The position numbers were made by a program, and so were the translations under genes. Shown piece after piece: positions 26,328-39,684 of a stretch of 64,000 nucleotides of DNA (the stretch's first letter is position 1; the number at the start of each line of letters is the position of its first letter). The notes beneath the pieces are model-generated. The model was not told where the DNA came from. It ran no database searches and saw nothing but the letters and a program-made list of their open reading frames with translations. The stretch is from Octopus sinensis (taxonomy: Eukaryota): the NCBI RefSeq assembly GCF_006345805.1, contig NC_043013.1, positions 14,446,001 to 14,510,000 of the forward strand, read 5' to 3'.

Positions 26328-27573
26328 ATGGCAAATAACAATGGAAAGTTGGTGGAGTGGGAAATTACGCCACCCAAAAGTTGGTTAAAAGAACTTGAAA
26401 GTAAGACGGTGGTTTTGAAGACCTACTCTAGGACCTTCGACGCCATTGCCGTTTTCATAAAGGATATAATCGAAAGAGAGCTGGCAGAATTTAAGCCAGC
26501 GATTAAGTTTATCTCTCGGGAGTCAAATACGCAACCATGTGGTTGCTGTTTGAATCCCCAGAAGTGGCTTGTGAATTTGCGAGCCAGCCCTGGAGGGCAA
26601 TGAAATTTTGTTTCTTCCAACTTATTGTGGGAAGAAGTTGACGAGAGCCTGGGTATGCGGCTTGCCACCCGGAGTTGAGCACGAAGGGATAGGAGATGCT
26701 ATCCGCCGGGGTATGGGTGGCAGTAGCACCAAGCTCCTCAACGTAAATATTCTGCCTCCGGCTTACTGGGGGGAGTCAAAAATTGTTTTGACCCTATGGA
26801 CCCAGTCAGCCGAAAGTCTGGTATTTCGAGACTTTTTGAGAATGGCCGGGTCTAGGTATCCGGTAATGCTTGAGGGACGCCCCCGCCCCAATTGTCATCT
26901 GTACCTGGAGCCTGGCCAAATAAATAAGAACTCCCCTCAAGGGCAAAGCAAAGTCCTGGAGCGGTTGACGGAGACCTCTGTAGAGGAAGGAATGAAGGCG
27001 GCCGAAGAGACGAAGGACTCCTCAAAGAAGAGCCGCAAAAGGAAGAAGGTGAGCAATAATGGGTGCCCATCGAAGGATCCTAAGGATGAGGGAGGAGAGG
27101 CGAATCTCCCGGTCACGGAAGAGACGCACCCTCCCCCAGTCGAGAAGAAAAAAGAGGAAGAGGAGGAGAAACGGGACATTGCCTGCAGTCGGAAACATGG
27201 CGCCGGAGTGTCCCCGAGCCTCATCGGTTGTGTCACCGGCGGGGCGGAAATTGTGCCGCCAACGGTAGAATTGACCCCCTCGGACCCGGAGGACGAAGAA
27301 CAGTTGGTCTTCTTTTATAGAGGTGGAGAGGTGGAAAAGGTGGTGGCAGAACACTACGAGGGAGTACCTTTGGCCTTCACACGGGATCCCGAATGGCCTC
27401 CACAGATAGCTGTGGAAGTGATAACGTTGCGCGTGTTACATAGGCTGGAGGGAATAAAAGAGAAATATCGCTCGTGGCCGGGTGACGCCAACTCGGAGCC
27501 CGTCTTGATTTTAAAGCAAGCATGGGTGATGGTGGAGTACATGGACACAAGCGATGATGAGGTGGAAAATTGA
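26328..27573 (+). CDS. Tx1/L1-type ORF1 (gag-like, RRM-like region + decayed CCHC knuckle); one frameshift near 26595
   Basis: The 91-aa and 321-aa ORFs join on removing one G (PG-GNEILFLPTYCG). RAWVCGLPPGV...YPVMLEGRPRPNCHLYLEPGQINKNSP is a degenerate CX2CX4HX4C, followed by a K/E-rich tail. No ORF2 follows. Confidence 0.6.
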
Positions 27574-28239
27574 CAAGAGGTTGAAAAGACTCAGTATTAT
27601 AAAGTGCAAGAGGCTCAGCGCCTCATTTGTAAATGGACTAGTGTTGATTGTATATTGAATATTTTATTGTATGTTATTGCATGTTATTATTTGTAATGGA
27701 CTATTAAGTCCAATAATTGTAAAAACTGTCGTGAGAGGTTCAATACCGCATTTTGTTTTTGTTTTTTCTGTTGGAAAAAAAGAAGAATGATGTTTTAGAG
27801 AAGCAGAAAATCGGCGGACGTTTTTTGTCTTCTCCCATCAATATCATCCTTGTTTCATCATTCACCTTATCAATGTATGTGTCCAGCCCGCAAGCCTCTC
27901 TTTCTAATGCCTTTATGGCAAACCTTAATGAAATAAAGTAGCTTGCTTACCAACCCATGAGTCTTTGAGACTTCCCATAAGTCTTTGTTGTCAGTGTATG
28001 CATGCGTCATTTTGATGTGCACTGAAAAAGACAGTCGGCAGTGTTTAACCTGCCAAAAAGAAGCTGCTGCAAGGTAAGACTTTTGTCTCTTGAGTCCAGT
28101 GGGGGTTGTTGTCTGTGGTTATATTTTTTACAAACAAGTAGTCCTCAGTGGATTCAGGCTTCGCAAAGATATATTTACTCAATCATCTATATGACATTTA
28201 GTGAAGCATCTGTACAAGGTATCAAATTTGGGGGAAGGG

Positions 28240-28415
28240 TTTAAGCCGATTACATCGACCCGAGCGCGTAAGTGATACTTATTTAATCAACCCCGAGAAG
28301 ATGAAAGACAAAGTCGACCGCGGCAGAATTTGAACTCAGAATATGAAGACAAATGAAATGCCGCAAAGCATTTTGCCCGGCGTGCTAACGATTCTGCTAG
28401 CTCACCGCCCTTAGT
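28240..28415 (+). mobile_element. Octopus-type SINE (related copies at ~6520-6715, ~8900-9275, ~13520-13720, ~51400-51540 and ~57115-57240)
   Basis: Recurrent motif ATCGACCCC...GATGAAAG.CAAAGTCGACC.CGGC.GAATTTGAACTCAGAA...GCATTT...CGTGCTAACGATTCTGC. Confidence 0.7.
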
Positions 28416-28799
28416 CAAGCATATACATATGAACGCAATAGAAACGTTTTCGGAAAACTTTTAATTACCTTTAGTTATCTCCCTTAGGGAATCTAACTTC
28501 CTCTGCAAGGGAAATAACTCCGACTTCAATATAAAGGGGGGTAATTCAGGTTTTAAATACAATATTGATTTAAAATTTACACCGTTAAACTAACAAGGAG
28601 GTTTTTGTACAACTCGTGAAACAAAAAGAAAAAAGGCATAAGTTACTTTTGTTCAACTCACAGGTTATTAACAATTTTCTGACTGATGCGTATATTTTTT
28701 TACGGATTCATACATACAGTCATACCATACGCGGCTAAACATCGATCCAAAATGCCTTTGACTGTCGCATCATTTCCCTTCGGCAACATTTTCTAGCTA

Positions 28800-30030
28800 T
28801 CAAGTATCGAAGTGCATCCCTTGACCAAGTTTGCATACATGAGGCTGATAGCCTTATAAGACTTGGAAGACAGCTCCTCGAGCAACACTCTTTGTCTGAT
28901 AACCTAGAATACATGCCCAAAGAAGTCGCACGACTCTACCGCAGCATATCATCAGATGAAAGGAAGAACCTATATGAACAGAAGACTTTGCATGGATATG
29001 TCAGCAGAAATCGCCGTGATGATAGTAACCTCGATCACCGAAACAGTTTATCATGGATTTATAGCCGGATTACTACCTCTCACTTTCAAGGATATGCGTT
29101 TGCAATCCAGGAACAGGAAATATCAACCGAGTACCTGATGCATAAAGGGATAGAGATGCAAGAAAAACTGAAAGTTGTGACAACCGATGCAGACTTTGTG
29201 GAGTTCATACTGAAGATGCCACGCATATCATAAGCAATTGTCCGAAAATGTCATCACGATATTATCTATCGATGAGACATGATGTTGTAGCTAGAACACT
29301 CTACAATGAAATCCGTCGGAAGGATAATCCCGAGGACAAAGAAATAAGAACCGCAAGCCATGGTAGAAGCCATAGCCACTAACAATAAAAATGTAACGGA
29401 ATACTGGTGAAATGTACCAGGGAAGACCTCAATAAAATGTAAGCACACCAGACCTGATATAAAGGCTTGGATAGAGAAGAGAAACTGCACAATTGTGGAA
29501 ATTAGCTGCCCAGTAGATGTTAACATAAAGCTGAAGATAAGTAAAAAAGAGAATACCTACGTTGAACTATTGAGAAATCTGCGTTGAACTATTGAGAACT
29601 ATTGAGAATCCAGATTACAAGTTCAAGTTTATATCTGTAATTACTGGGAAACCGGTATATGTATTACACTGCCTAAATACCATTCTTGAGATATTTAGGC
29701 TTCTCAAAACCAGAAAAGAGAAAGCTTATTCGAAGGCTACAGATCCAATCCATCACTGGAACTGTAAAAATTTGTAAAACTTTCCAGAAGTTTATCATTT
29801 AAATATATATGAGCATGTCCAGAAGTGCAACTATATGCATAAGATTACATACATAAAACATACAAATCTGCACATCCATACATGCATACATACATGCATA
29901 CATACATACATACATACATACATACATACATACATACATACATACATACATACATACATACATACAAAAATACCCTGCTGATGATGTTGAAATTTCAATG
30001 AAGGAGTCTTGGATCGAGGTTAGAAAGAGT
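28800..30030 (+). mobile_element. R4-like (RLE) LINE 3' part, same family as 600-1900
   Basis: Reads QKTLHGY, YAFAIQEQEIST, CRLCGVHTEDATHI, KHTRPDI and IVEISCPVDVNIKLKISKKENTY, with the shared 3' UTR. Confidence 0.85.
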
Positions 30031-30039
30031 GAAGTGTGT

Positions 30040-31720
30040 GCGAATGGGACTTGCGCGCCCCCATTATCACCCTAATCAACGCCGCCGCGCAAGTTTTGTT
30101 CTCACACCACTTATCTCAACTTCTCCCCAATTAAGTCCCACGGCAATGAGCAACAGATGACGGGAGCAGGAACTGTATGATGTTATAAGCCCTTAGTCTG
30201 GATCCTGCACATAGGTGACTCAGGCAAGACGGCCGACTCGATCTTACCCTGGGACTGCACATCGATTCGTGTTCTACCTGCTTGACCAGGTGGACCTTTT
30301 TAGAATTCGCACCGCCTGCCTCAGCTAAAAGACGCCAATCCTTTTTCGCCTGGCCAGGAAATTACACCTGGCAGGCCATTCCATACTGTACTGGATGATT
30401 AAAAGGAAAATCCTCAAGGCCTCTCATTTTTGCAACTTGCAACATACGAACCTTGCCTCTGAACTCAAACGATAAATGTGGATATCGCTGCACTCAGAGA
30501 AACAAGATTTCCTGATGAATGCTTTCTCACTGGGATACATATACTTCTGGAATGGAAAGGCCTTCCACAAGGCAATAATAGAATTCATGGTGTTGGATTT
30601 ACTGTCCGTTCGTCATTACTGGAGAACATCTCTTCGGTTGCAACCGATATAAGTGAAAGGCTGATGACTTTCTGAATTCTCCTCAGTAACAAAGTGCAAG
30701 CCACTATCTTCAGTGTCTATTCCCCAACATTAGACACTATTAAAGACACGAAAGACACCTTCTACAAGGCTCTTAACTCGGTTTAGAGAAGGTTACGTCG
30801 CACAGACAAAGGTATTCTTGGAGATTTCAGTGCTAGAGTCGGTTCCAATGTAAACATCTGGCCCAGAGTTCTCGGTGCTCATGGGATAGGCAAATGAATA
30901 CCAATGGTCTTCACCTTTTGCGCCTGTGTGCCGAGCACATTCTCGTGATTACGAAGACCATTTTTCACCAGCCCAATAAATACAAGTTCTACTGGAGACA
31001 TCTTCGCTCCAAGATGTGGCATCTCCTCAATTACGTGAGCGTTCGTGAACAAGATCAGAAAGTTGTCCTCCATATCAAATATATGCGTGATGCAGAATGT
31101 TGGACCGATCACCGCATGTATGTGTCCTTAGATCCGCCCTCCGGCCACGAAAAGCAAAGTGTTTCCCATACTCAATGTGGCCTGTTTTTCCAGCACAACG
31201 AAACAAGATAAGCTTCAAGAAAACCTCGCTACTGCCTTCCCACTTCTTCCAGCTCTTCCAGTTCCAAAAGAGCTCCATCGCAATATGGAAAAAAACATTG
31301 AGAATTATATTGAACAAATCAAGGTCGAACAGAATGAATTCAATTCACTCTGGGACTCTGCCATGTCCATCATTCGACAAACTACTGAATCCACTCTTGG
31401 AAAAACCCACATGAAGAACCTTGATTTGTTTAATGAATCTGCAGACATCATCCAAACCCTTTTTTAGACGAAGAACCATGCTCATAACGCCCACCTCACA
31501 AATTCTTGTACCTTAGCCCCAAAGTGGTTTCTGAAGCACAAAATGTCTGGTGGCTCCGCAACTCCGAAGAGATCCAACGGATGGCTGACGAAAATAAATC
31601 TTGCGAATTCTACAACTCGATTAAACATATCTTCGGTCCTTCGCACTGCCCGATTGCACCTGCCCGTGCCTCTGACGGCAATACTTTAATTAAAGAAGAA
31701 GAAAAGATCTTTGCGCAATA
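30040..31720 (+). mobile_element. RTE-clade LINE 5' part (APE endonuclease pseudogene), 3'-truncated
   Basis: Reads ATCNIRTL, DIAALRETRFPDE, HGVGFTVRSSLL, SVYSPTL, GDFSARVG, WRHLRSKMWHLLNY and CWTDHR. Confidence 0.85.
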
Positions 31721-32039
31721 GACTTCTGCTTACAAATTCAGAAACCAACAACAGATATTGAACGTGAAACTTTACAGAAGCTCAGCTGTTCATTTAAATA
31801 ACGGTGCGCATGATTCTGGTTTTCAGGCTGGACACACGCTCTTATTCTCCTCGCTTGATTCCAAGAATTTCCAAGAAACATGCGAGAACGGTATTACGAG
31901 GCAATGGCTTTAGTAAGTTAACATGGCTCGTCTGATATTTTCATTTTATAACATTTAATTCAAATTGACCAGAAATTAAGGATAACTTATTTCATGATCT
32001 GGGAGCAAGGTATTTCAAACTGAAACTAAAATAACTTTT

Positions 32040-32900
32040 GAATGATGTTAAAACGAGACACGTTTTCGATGGAGTTGCTTACTCATTTGCCCATCCATGA
32101 GTATCAGAAGAAACGATCACCATGTGGCCATATCTTGATAATATTACATGCAGATGACCCGTTGAGAATAGATCAGATTGTTTGCGATGAAGGAAGATGG
32201 ACAGTGAAGTTGTACAGGATGAAGTAAAACGGCATTTTCATGGGAGACATGTGAGTGCACCTGGAGTGATGTCGCGCTTGCACGAAAACAGAATACATAA
32301 CAAATCCCATGCTATTATACTGGCTGCCAGTGCATTTGCAACAAGAATCCGTCTTTTTCAGAGAAGGTAATGAGAACGAAGCGTTAGAGAGAGACAGAGC
32401 TGCCCGTCGTAACACACCGCTGCCATCATGGTTTGTCCTTAGTAAATGATACAGAAATACAAGACGCCGGTTGCATATTGATATTCCTTATCATTATGTG
32501 TGTGACAAAGGGATGACTGTTTGGAAACTACACGAGAGATGAGTAGAGAGAATTATTTCAAGACTTTAGTTTCCAAGTCCAAAGCAAGAAGAAATATTTT
32601 ATCTGAGATTGTTATTGTCATATTTTGAAGAAGCTCGCACTTTTTGATGATCTTAAAACAGCTGATGGTGTACGATATAAGTTATGATGAAATAGCTGTC
32701 ATTGTTTTAAAAAAACACAAGTGGAAATATACTTTATAAATGAGTGCGACCCATTTTTTCAACTCACAGCGGGAAATGTTACATTTAAGAATTATTGGAA
32801 TTAAAAAAAAAAAATTTTAACTCCAAAGTCTTTAGATACGAAATTTATCAATGGTTGCTTTAATTGTTTTGACAAAATTTTTGGTATTTTTCGCTTGTGT
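32040..32900 (+). pseudogene. Internally deleted Helitron RepHel remnant
   Basis: EYQKKRSPCGHILIIL is a decayed EFQKRGLPHAHIL HUH motif. Also DEVKRHFHGRHVSA, LPVHLQQ, SWFVLS, IDIPYHYV and EEIFYLRLLL. Confidence 0.75.
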
Positions 32901-33256
32901 GTAGTACGTACGTGTAAGCAAACACACATACATTCACATGCACGCACGCACATAGACACACAACCATACATATGTATATATATATATATATATAGCAACG
33001 AATTGCCTCACCACACACCGAATTTAGAAATAGCAGTCAAAGAGTTATAGCTATTCTTTCTACTAAAAGGGAGATCTCAGTAAAAACACAGCACTTGAAA
33101 GGCAAACACAGACAGGTAAGAGAGAATGAAATAACGGCAATCTATCATACAATTTTAAGTCACCTACGGACGTACGTTTCGAAATTAAGTTTTAGGAAAG
33201 CATAAGAATTAGATAATTATATCTTACCCAACTTCTTTTCTGTGATGAAAGTTTGT

Positions 33257-33353
33257 GTCCTACGCTGATGAGAAAAGAAGTTGGGTAAGATATAATTATC
33301 TAATTCTTATGCTTTCCTAAAACGTAATTTCGAAACGTACGTCCGTAGGTGAC
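33257..33353 (+). ncRNA. Type-I hammerhead ribozyme, copy 1
   Basis: GT-CCTACG-CTGATGA(33265-71)-GAAA...52-nt loop...TTTC-GAAA(33332-35)-CGTACG-TC|CGTAGG-tg-AC. The predicted GUC cleavage is after 33343. Confidence 0.85.
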
Positions 33354-33839
33354 TTAAAATTGTATGATAGATTGCCGTCATTTCATTCTCTCTTACCTGT
33401 CTGTGTTTGCCTTTCAAGTGCTGTGTTTTTACTGAGATCTCCCTTTTAGTAGAAAGAATAGCTATAACTCTTTGACTGCTATTTCTAAATTCGGTGTGTG
33501 GTGAGGCAATTTGTTGCTAAACCCTTAATTGCTTAGTATTACTTAAACTTTCCTCGAATGAGGCTTTTACATGCCGAAATCTACTTGGTTTAATTAATAA
33601 TTATTCCAAATTAATTAATTTCACCCTATATTGTTACTGATAACCATATTTCATCTCAGTAAGTGACCACAGCATCTTGTCTTGGCTACACGCGGGTGGG
33701 AAGGGGCTGGTGACACAAACTTTCATTCACACTTTGAATTTGGTGGTACTGGTAACGGCTTTAGCTCGCTCTGATACTGAGTTGAGATGATGCCTTCTAG
33801 TTTCTCGAAATTTAATATACAATTATTCATAATTGTAGT

Positions 33840-33936
33840 GTCCTACGCTGATGAGAAAAGAAGTTGGGTAAGATATAATTATCTAATTCTTATGCTTTCC
33901 TAAAACTTAATTTCGAAACGTACGTCCGTAGGTGAC
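33840..33936 (+). ncRNA. Type-I hammerhead ribozyme, copy 2
   Basis: Same fold as copy 1: CTGATGA at 33848-54, GAAA at 33915-18, predicted cleavage after 33926. Confidence 0.85.
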
Positions 33937-34219
33937 TTAAAATTATATGATAGATTGCCGTCATTTCATTCTCTCTTACCTGTCTGTGTTTGCCTTTCAA
34001 GTGCTGTGTTTTTACTGAGATCTCCCTTTTAGTAGAAAGAATAGCTATAACTCTTTGACTGCTATTTCTAAATTCGGTGTGTGGTGAGGCAATTCGTTGC
34101 TAAACCCTTAATTGCTTAGTATTACTTAAACTTTCCTCGAATGAGGCTTTTACATGCCGAAATCTACTTGGTGTAATTAATAATTATTCCAAATTAATTA
34201 ATTTCACCCTATATTGTTA

Positions 34220-34310
<91 letters not shown>

Positions 34311-34662
34311 CATCTGGTGATCTTATGCCATCTCAAGCGTTAAGTCAATACCTTTTCATCCGGAATATCTTTATAAGGTGTATTGAATAGATACAAACAC
34401 TTCACTTGAGGAATAAAATGCCAGCTAATAGCGATAAATCGATACGAAGTTCATATAATGATTATCCTTCATCAAGAAGATAGATTTGAAGTAGTAACAT
34501 CTCGTTCTTGACAGCCATTTCTACCTAGAAAACAGACGGGATGTTGAGGAGGAATAGTTTTTTCAAATTATTTGTATGTAAGCGTCTCATTTTATCTTTA
34601 ATATATCATGTTTTTGATTATATAATATTTTAGCCATCACAACTGAGACTCCACTTATATAA

Positions 34663-34693
<31 letters not shown>

Positions 34694-34729
34694 TGTATGT
34701 ATGTATGTATGTATGTATGATTTTAGAGT

Positions 34730-34830
34730 TGTTGCTCATTTATTCACCACTGAGTATCACAAGGAACGATTGTCATGTGGCCATATCTTAATAATGTTAC
34801 ATGCAGACGACCCGTTGACACAACAAGATC
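34730..34830 (+). pseudogene. Helitron Rep motif-2 fragment
   Basis: TEYHKERLSCGHILIMLHADDPL is paralogous to 32060-32170. Confidence 0.55.
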
Positions 34831-34972
34831 TCTCAATGCAGAGCAACGTTTGCATAACCAAATACCTGCCAACATGGACGACTACGTTTCGTGGAAACAA
34901 TTGTAGGGTTTACAAATAAATGTTCTTCTATACTCCTTCCTCTTGACTCCGACTTATTCAATTATACATCTA

Positions 34973-36199
34973 CACAGACATGAGAGAAGTAAATAGACGT
35001 CCCATATAAAATATTGCTCTATGTTTATCCTAACTAGGAAATGTTTATATTTTTTATTAATTGACATTTTTGTGTCATGTTTTATACGAGACCGTTTAAT
35101 CATGTCATGTACAAAAAATGCCTTGGAACTGTCTGAATTTCAAAGAGGCCTATTGAGGGTCATTCCGAAGGTAGACATAGCGTAAAATCACAGAAGAACT
35201 TGGGCTCCCGCTTTCTACGGTTGATATAGTGAATATGCAATTCACCAGATAGAGGAAGGAATCCACTTCACTTCGCGAAGATTAACCAGAGCCTTCTGAC
35301 AAGACCCTTCTCTTTGCTAAGAGAATTGTGGGGGATAATTCTCGTTGCTAGGCCTCTACCATAGCAGAATAAGTTATGTTAGTCCCAGAACAGCTATCAG
35401 GTATCTCCACAAACTTGGTTACTATGGCAGAGCAACAAGAAGGAAACCACTTCTTCGAGCAGCCAACACCAAGCGGATAAAAGATTGGGCCAGTGAGATG
35501 GTAGAGAGGCCACTAGAATTTTGGGACACTGCAATAGTCTCTGATGAGTCTAGATTGCTGTATTTCCTGACAGTGGTCGAGTGTCGGTCTGGAGACTCTG
35601 TGATCAAAACTTTAATGTGAAAAGATTCCGGCCAAGAAACACGGCAGCTATTCTGTGATGATCTGGGGAGCAATTTGGAGCAATGATTGATCAGAGTTGG
35701 TGGAGTGTGAGAGAAAGATAAACTCAGAAAAATTTATGTTCACATTGCAGAAAGGACACCTTCCAATCTTCTTCAGTTGTGAAATGATCAAAGAAGACTA
35801 TTTATGAAAGATAGGGCTCCTTGTCACACAGCTAAAATGAGATGAGAATGGCATTAAAAAGCTTCCATGACCAAGCCAGTCACCAGATATGAACTCTAAT
35901 GAACATTTCTGGGACATAATGGACAAGACACTTCATAAAAATAACAAGAAAGCATCATCAAAGCCAGAACTTTTGAGATTACTGCATGAAACTTGGCAAG
36001 AAATTTTGCAAGAGAATATTCGTCATCTAATCAGTAAGATGCCTAATAGGGGCTTTGCATTGAAAAATGCATAGGGCATGTCTACTAAGTGTTAGATATT
36101 CACAGTATGACAATTATTAAATAATTTGAATGTATTATTTCAGATTTGAATAAATTTCAATGATTATAAAGGTGTCTATTTACTTCTGTTATGTCTGTG
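34973..36199 (+). mobile_element. Tc1-family transposon, full length but decayed
   Basis: TIRs CACAGACATGAGAGAAGTAAATAGAC / GTCTATTTACTTCTGTTATGTCTGTG are flanked by TA. Reads RKPLL, IVSDESR, SVMIWGAI, DRAPCHTA and SPDMNSNEHFW (DD34E-type). Confidence 0.9.
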
Positions 36200-36422
36200 T
36201 ATGTATGTAAGTATGTATATATGTATCTATGTATATACATTTAGGTAGCCATATAATATGTAAGTACATATGTATATACATATTTATGTGTAAAAAAAAC
36301 AAAGTTAGTGGTTAAAAATAAACAACATAATTGGTCACACAACTTCAAATCATCCCCATAAATTCATACCGTAGAATGATGGATTCTCAGAACGGGAAAC
36401 TTATCTGATGAAGATTTTTTTC

Positions 36423-36500
36423 CTGATGAAGGGGCCGCTGCTGGTTTGGTGTTTTAACGTGTAATTGATCGTGGTAGTAGCTCTTGAAACGGCCGTAGAC
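36423..36500 (+). ncRNA. Hammerhead ribozyme core with truncated helix I (PLE pLTR remnant)
   Basis: CTGATGA-AGGGGC...GCTCTT-GAAA-CGGCCG-TA|GAC. The core, helix II and palindromic helix III are intact, but helix I has only 2 bp. Confidence 0.6.
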
Positions 36501-36699
36501 GTGGATTTATTCTTACATTATTTTGGATTCCTTTTTCTTTGGGAATTGACGCTGGATGTATCCCGGATTCACTTTAAATTTAACAGTCTACCTAGTATAT
36601 TATTTTCAATCGCCTCGCTATATACATTTATATTTTCTTCATATGTTTTTCTTCATACGCTTTTTACAGTTTTTCACACGTTTTTTTATATGTACATAT

Positions 36700-37250
36700 A
36701 GATGTATATTCTTATAAATTCGGGCTTGGTGTTACAAGAAGTTTTGTTCGTCTCTCGCTCAACTGCACCCCACACTTAATAATCAAGGGGGTTGCAGTCT
36801 GGAGAGTTAGGTGGCCAGACGTTAGCGATGATGTGGTTGCAGAAATTGTCTGACAGGCATAGGGGTCTCTCGGCAGTCAACCTCTTGACCCAGGACAGCA
36901 CTACCTCCTCCAGGCCTCCGTGTTGAATCAGATGCCGTGTGAGAAGATGATTAGAGGTATAACTTCGCAATCACTAATGATTACTCCAAAAACCATGATG
37001 TTCACAGTATGTTCGATTTTTATCTCTCTCGGTACATGTCCTCAAATTGCACTGTCCTCAGATTGACACCCAAACATTCTTAAATGTTCGTATTGGAACT
37101 TCCGGCGCGAATGCCAAGCAGTACGGTATGTCATTTCCAAATTTCTGGCAGCGTGAATCGCGTCATTGTGTTGTTTTTCTTACAGACGGTGCCCAACTGT
37201 CTCTACTATACTGTGTAGTCGACAAAATACAAAAACAAAGAATGCAAGTA
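36700..37250 (-). mobile_element. DD37D/maT-like mariner fragment
   Basis: Reads LSDNFCNHIIANVWPPNSPDCNPLDY*VWGAVERETNKT and IMVFGVIISD. Confidence 0.75.
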
Positions 37251-37346
37251 CGCGAAATCTGAAATAATAAAATGGCAACAATTTACATATTGCAACCTCT
37301 CTCTCTCTCTCTCTCTCTCTGTCGCTGTCTCTCTCTGTACTCTCTC

Positions 37347-38680
<1,334 letters not shown>

Positions 38681-38719
38681 TGATGTAGTGGTGGTCATCG
38701 TCGTATTTGATATCGAATT

Positions 38720-38765
38720 ATGCTTGTAGCACTTCTCTTTCCTATTCATTTCATCTTTATTCTTT
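38720..38765 (+). CDS. Candidate first coding exon of the PAN gene (N-terminal half of the signal peptide)
   Basis: ATG...MLVALLFPIHFIFIL + T|GTAAAT gives phase 1 and an in-frame join. The intron would be only 64 nt and the sequence is AT-rich, so the true first exon may lie elsewhere. Confidence 0.3.
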
Positions 38766-38829
38766 GTAAATGAATGTTAAACGTGAATATGAAATATGAA
38801 ATATTTTACAAAATAAATTTTCGTTGCAG

Positions 38830-38865
38830 TTCTCTTCTACATCTCATTGACACTTGGAAATGGAC
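38830..38865 (+). CDS. PAN gene mini-exon (signal peptide C-terminal part)
   Basis: TTCGTTGCAG| 36 nt |GTGAGT, phase 1-1. Encodes xLFYISLTLGNG and joins in frame to exon 39427. Confidence 0.65.
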
Positions 38866-39426
38866 GTGAGTAGATTTATATCAATAAATAGACCTATATG
38901 TGTGAACATTATGAAAATCGCTACACAAACATTTAATTTATAAGTTCAGTGTAGGAAAATATTTTCCTTCTCAAAGTAAATTAGTTGAAAAGAAAATTTT
39001 AAAAACTGAGTTCAATAAAAAACAGCCGCATGATGACGAATTCAATTCTTAACATAATTTCTACTGGTTAAAATTCAATTTTTCGTCAGTTAGCAGGCAT
39101 TTTGTTAAATTTGACCAAGTGCTGACATTGGGGCAAACTTTACAACAGACAACCTTTAAACATTATAGAACATAGCATATGAATCATTTAAATAATAGAA
39201 TTAATTAAACAACTTTAAAAACTCATTTTGATTAAACAGATAATATATTCCAAGATGCTTTGTACCTACACTATGGTAGTAACAACTTTATCCCTTCTTC
39301 CTGGTAAAGATATCAATGTTGATCGTCAAACATTTAATATTTAATTTTTTTATTATTATCTATATTCACAATCTTTTATTTTTGTCTTTGTATTTTGGTT
39401 GTTTAATTTTCCTGGCTTTGTTACAG

Positions 39427-39684
39427 TTGAATATCTGAAGTATTTTTTGAAAGTAGAAAACTGCCTTCTCAAGGAAGGTAAAACATTGATGACACTTGAC
39501 GTGGATGACTCCAGCTGTTCGAAGAGGTGTTTTGAAATTTCTACATGTAAATCCTTCGTGAGCAGAGCGATAAGTCCAAGCTGTATTTTATACGAAGATG
39601 ACGCAACAGAGAAGGCACTAATACAAACAACTAATACATATTTTTATCAGTTGAGAAGATCTGTGCCGACCAAGTATACAGACG
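39427..39684 (+). CDS. PAN/Apple domain 1 exon
   Basis: TTTGTTACAG| ... |GTAAAC, 258 nt, phase 1-1. Contains CSKRCFEISTCKSFVSRAISPSCILYED, with C-x3-C-x5-C-x-S-F...C PAN spacing. Confidence 0.8.

Larger units (their letters stand above)
32993..34225. mobile_element. Young HHR-bearing PLE-pLTR/retrozyme-like insertion with no evident ORF (inverted arm + two direct repeats)
   Basis: The 248-bp inverted arms (32993-33240 and 33272-33519) and the 388-bp direct repeats (33255-33642 and 33838-34225) differ at only a handful of bases. The element sits in (TA)n, and the empty site is visible in the paralog at ~20420-20445. Confidence 0.85.

Noticed and set aside
30040-30120. Possible HDV-like ribozyme at the RTE 5' end
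   Set aside because: Only a simple stem (ACTTGCGCG/CGCGCAAGT) is evident. I could not build the nested double pseudoknot or place a catalytic C.
33105-33125. Strong donor ACAG|GTAAGA as a possible PAN gene first exon
   Set aside because: It lies within the inverted arm of the HHR element, and no ATG-led signal-peptide ORF precedes it.
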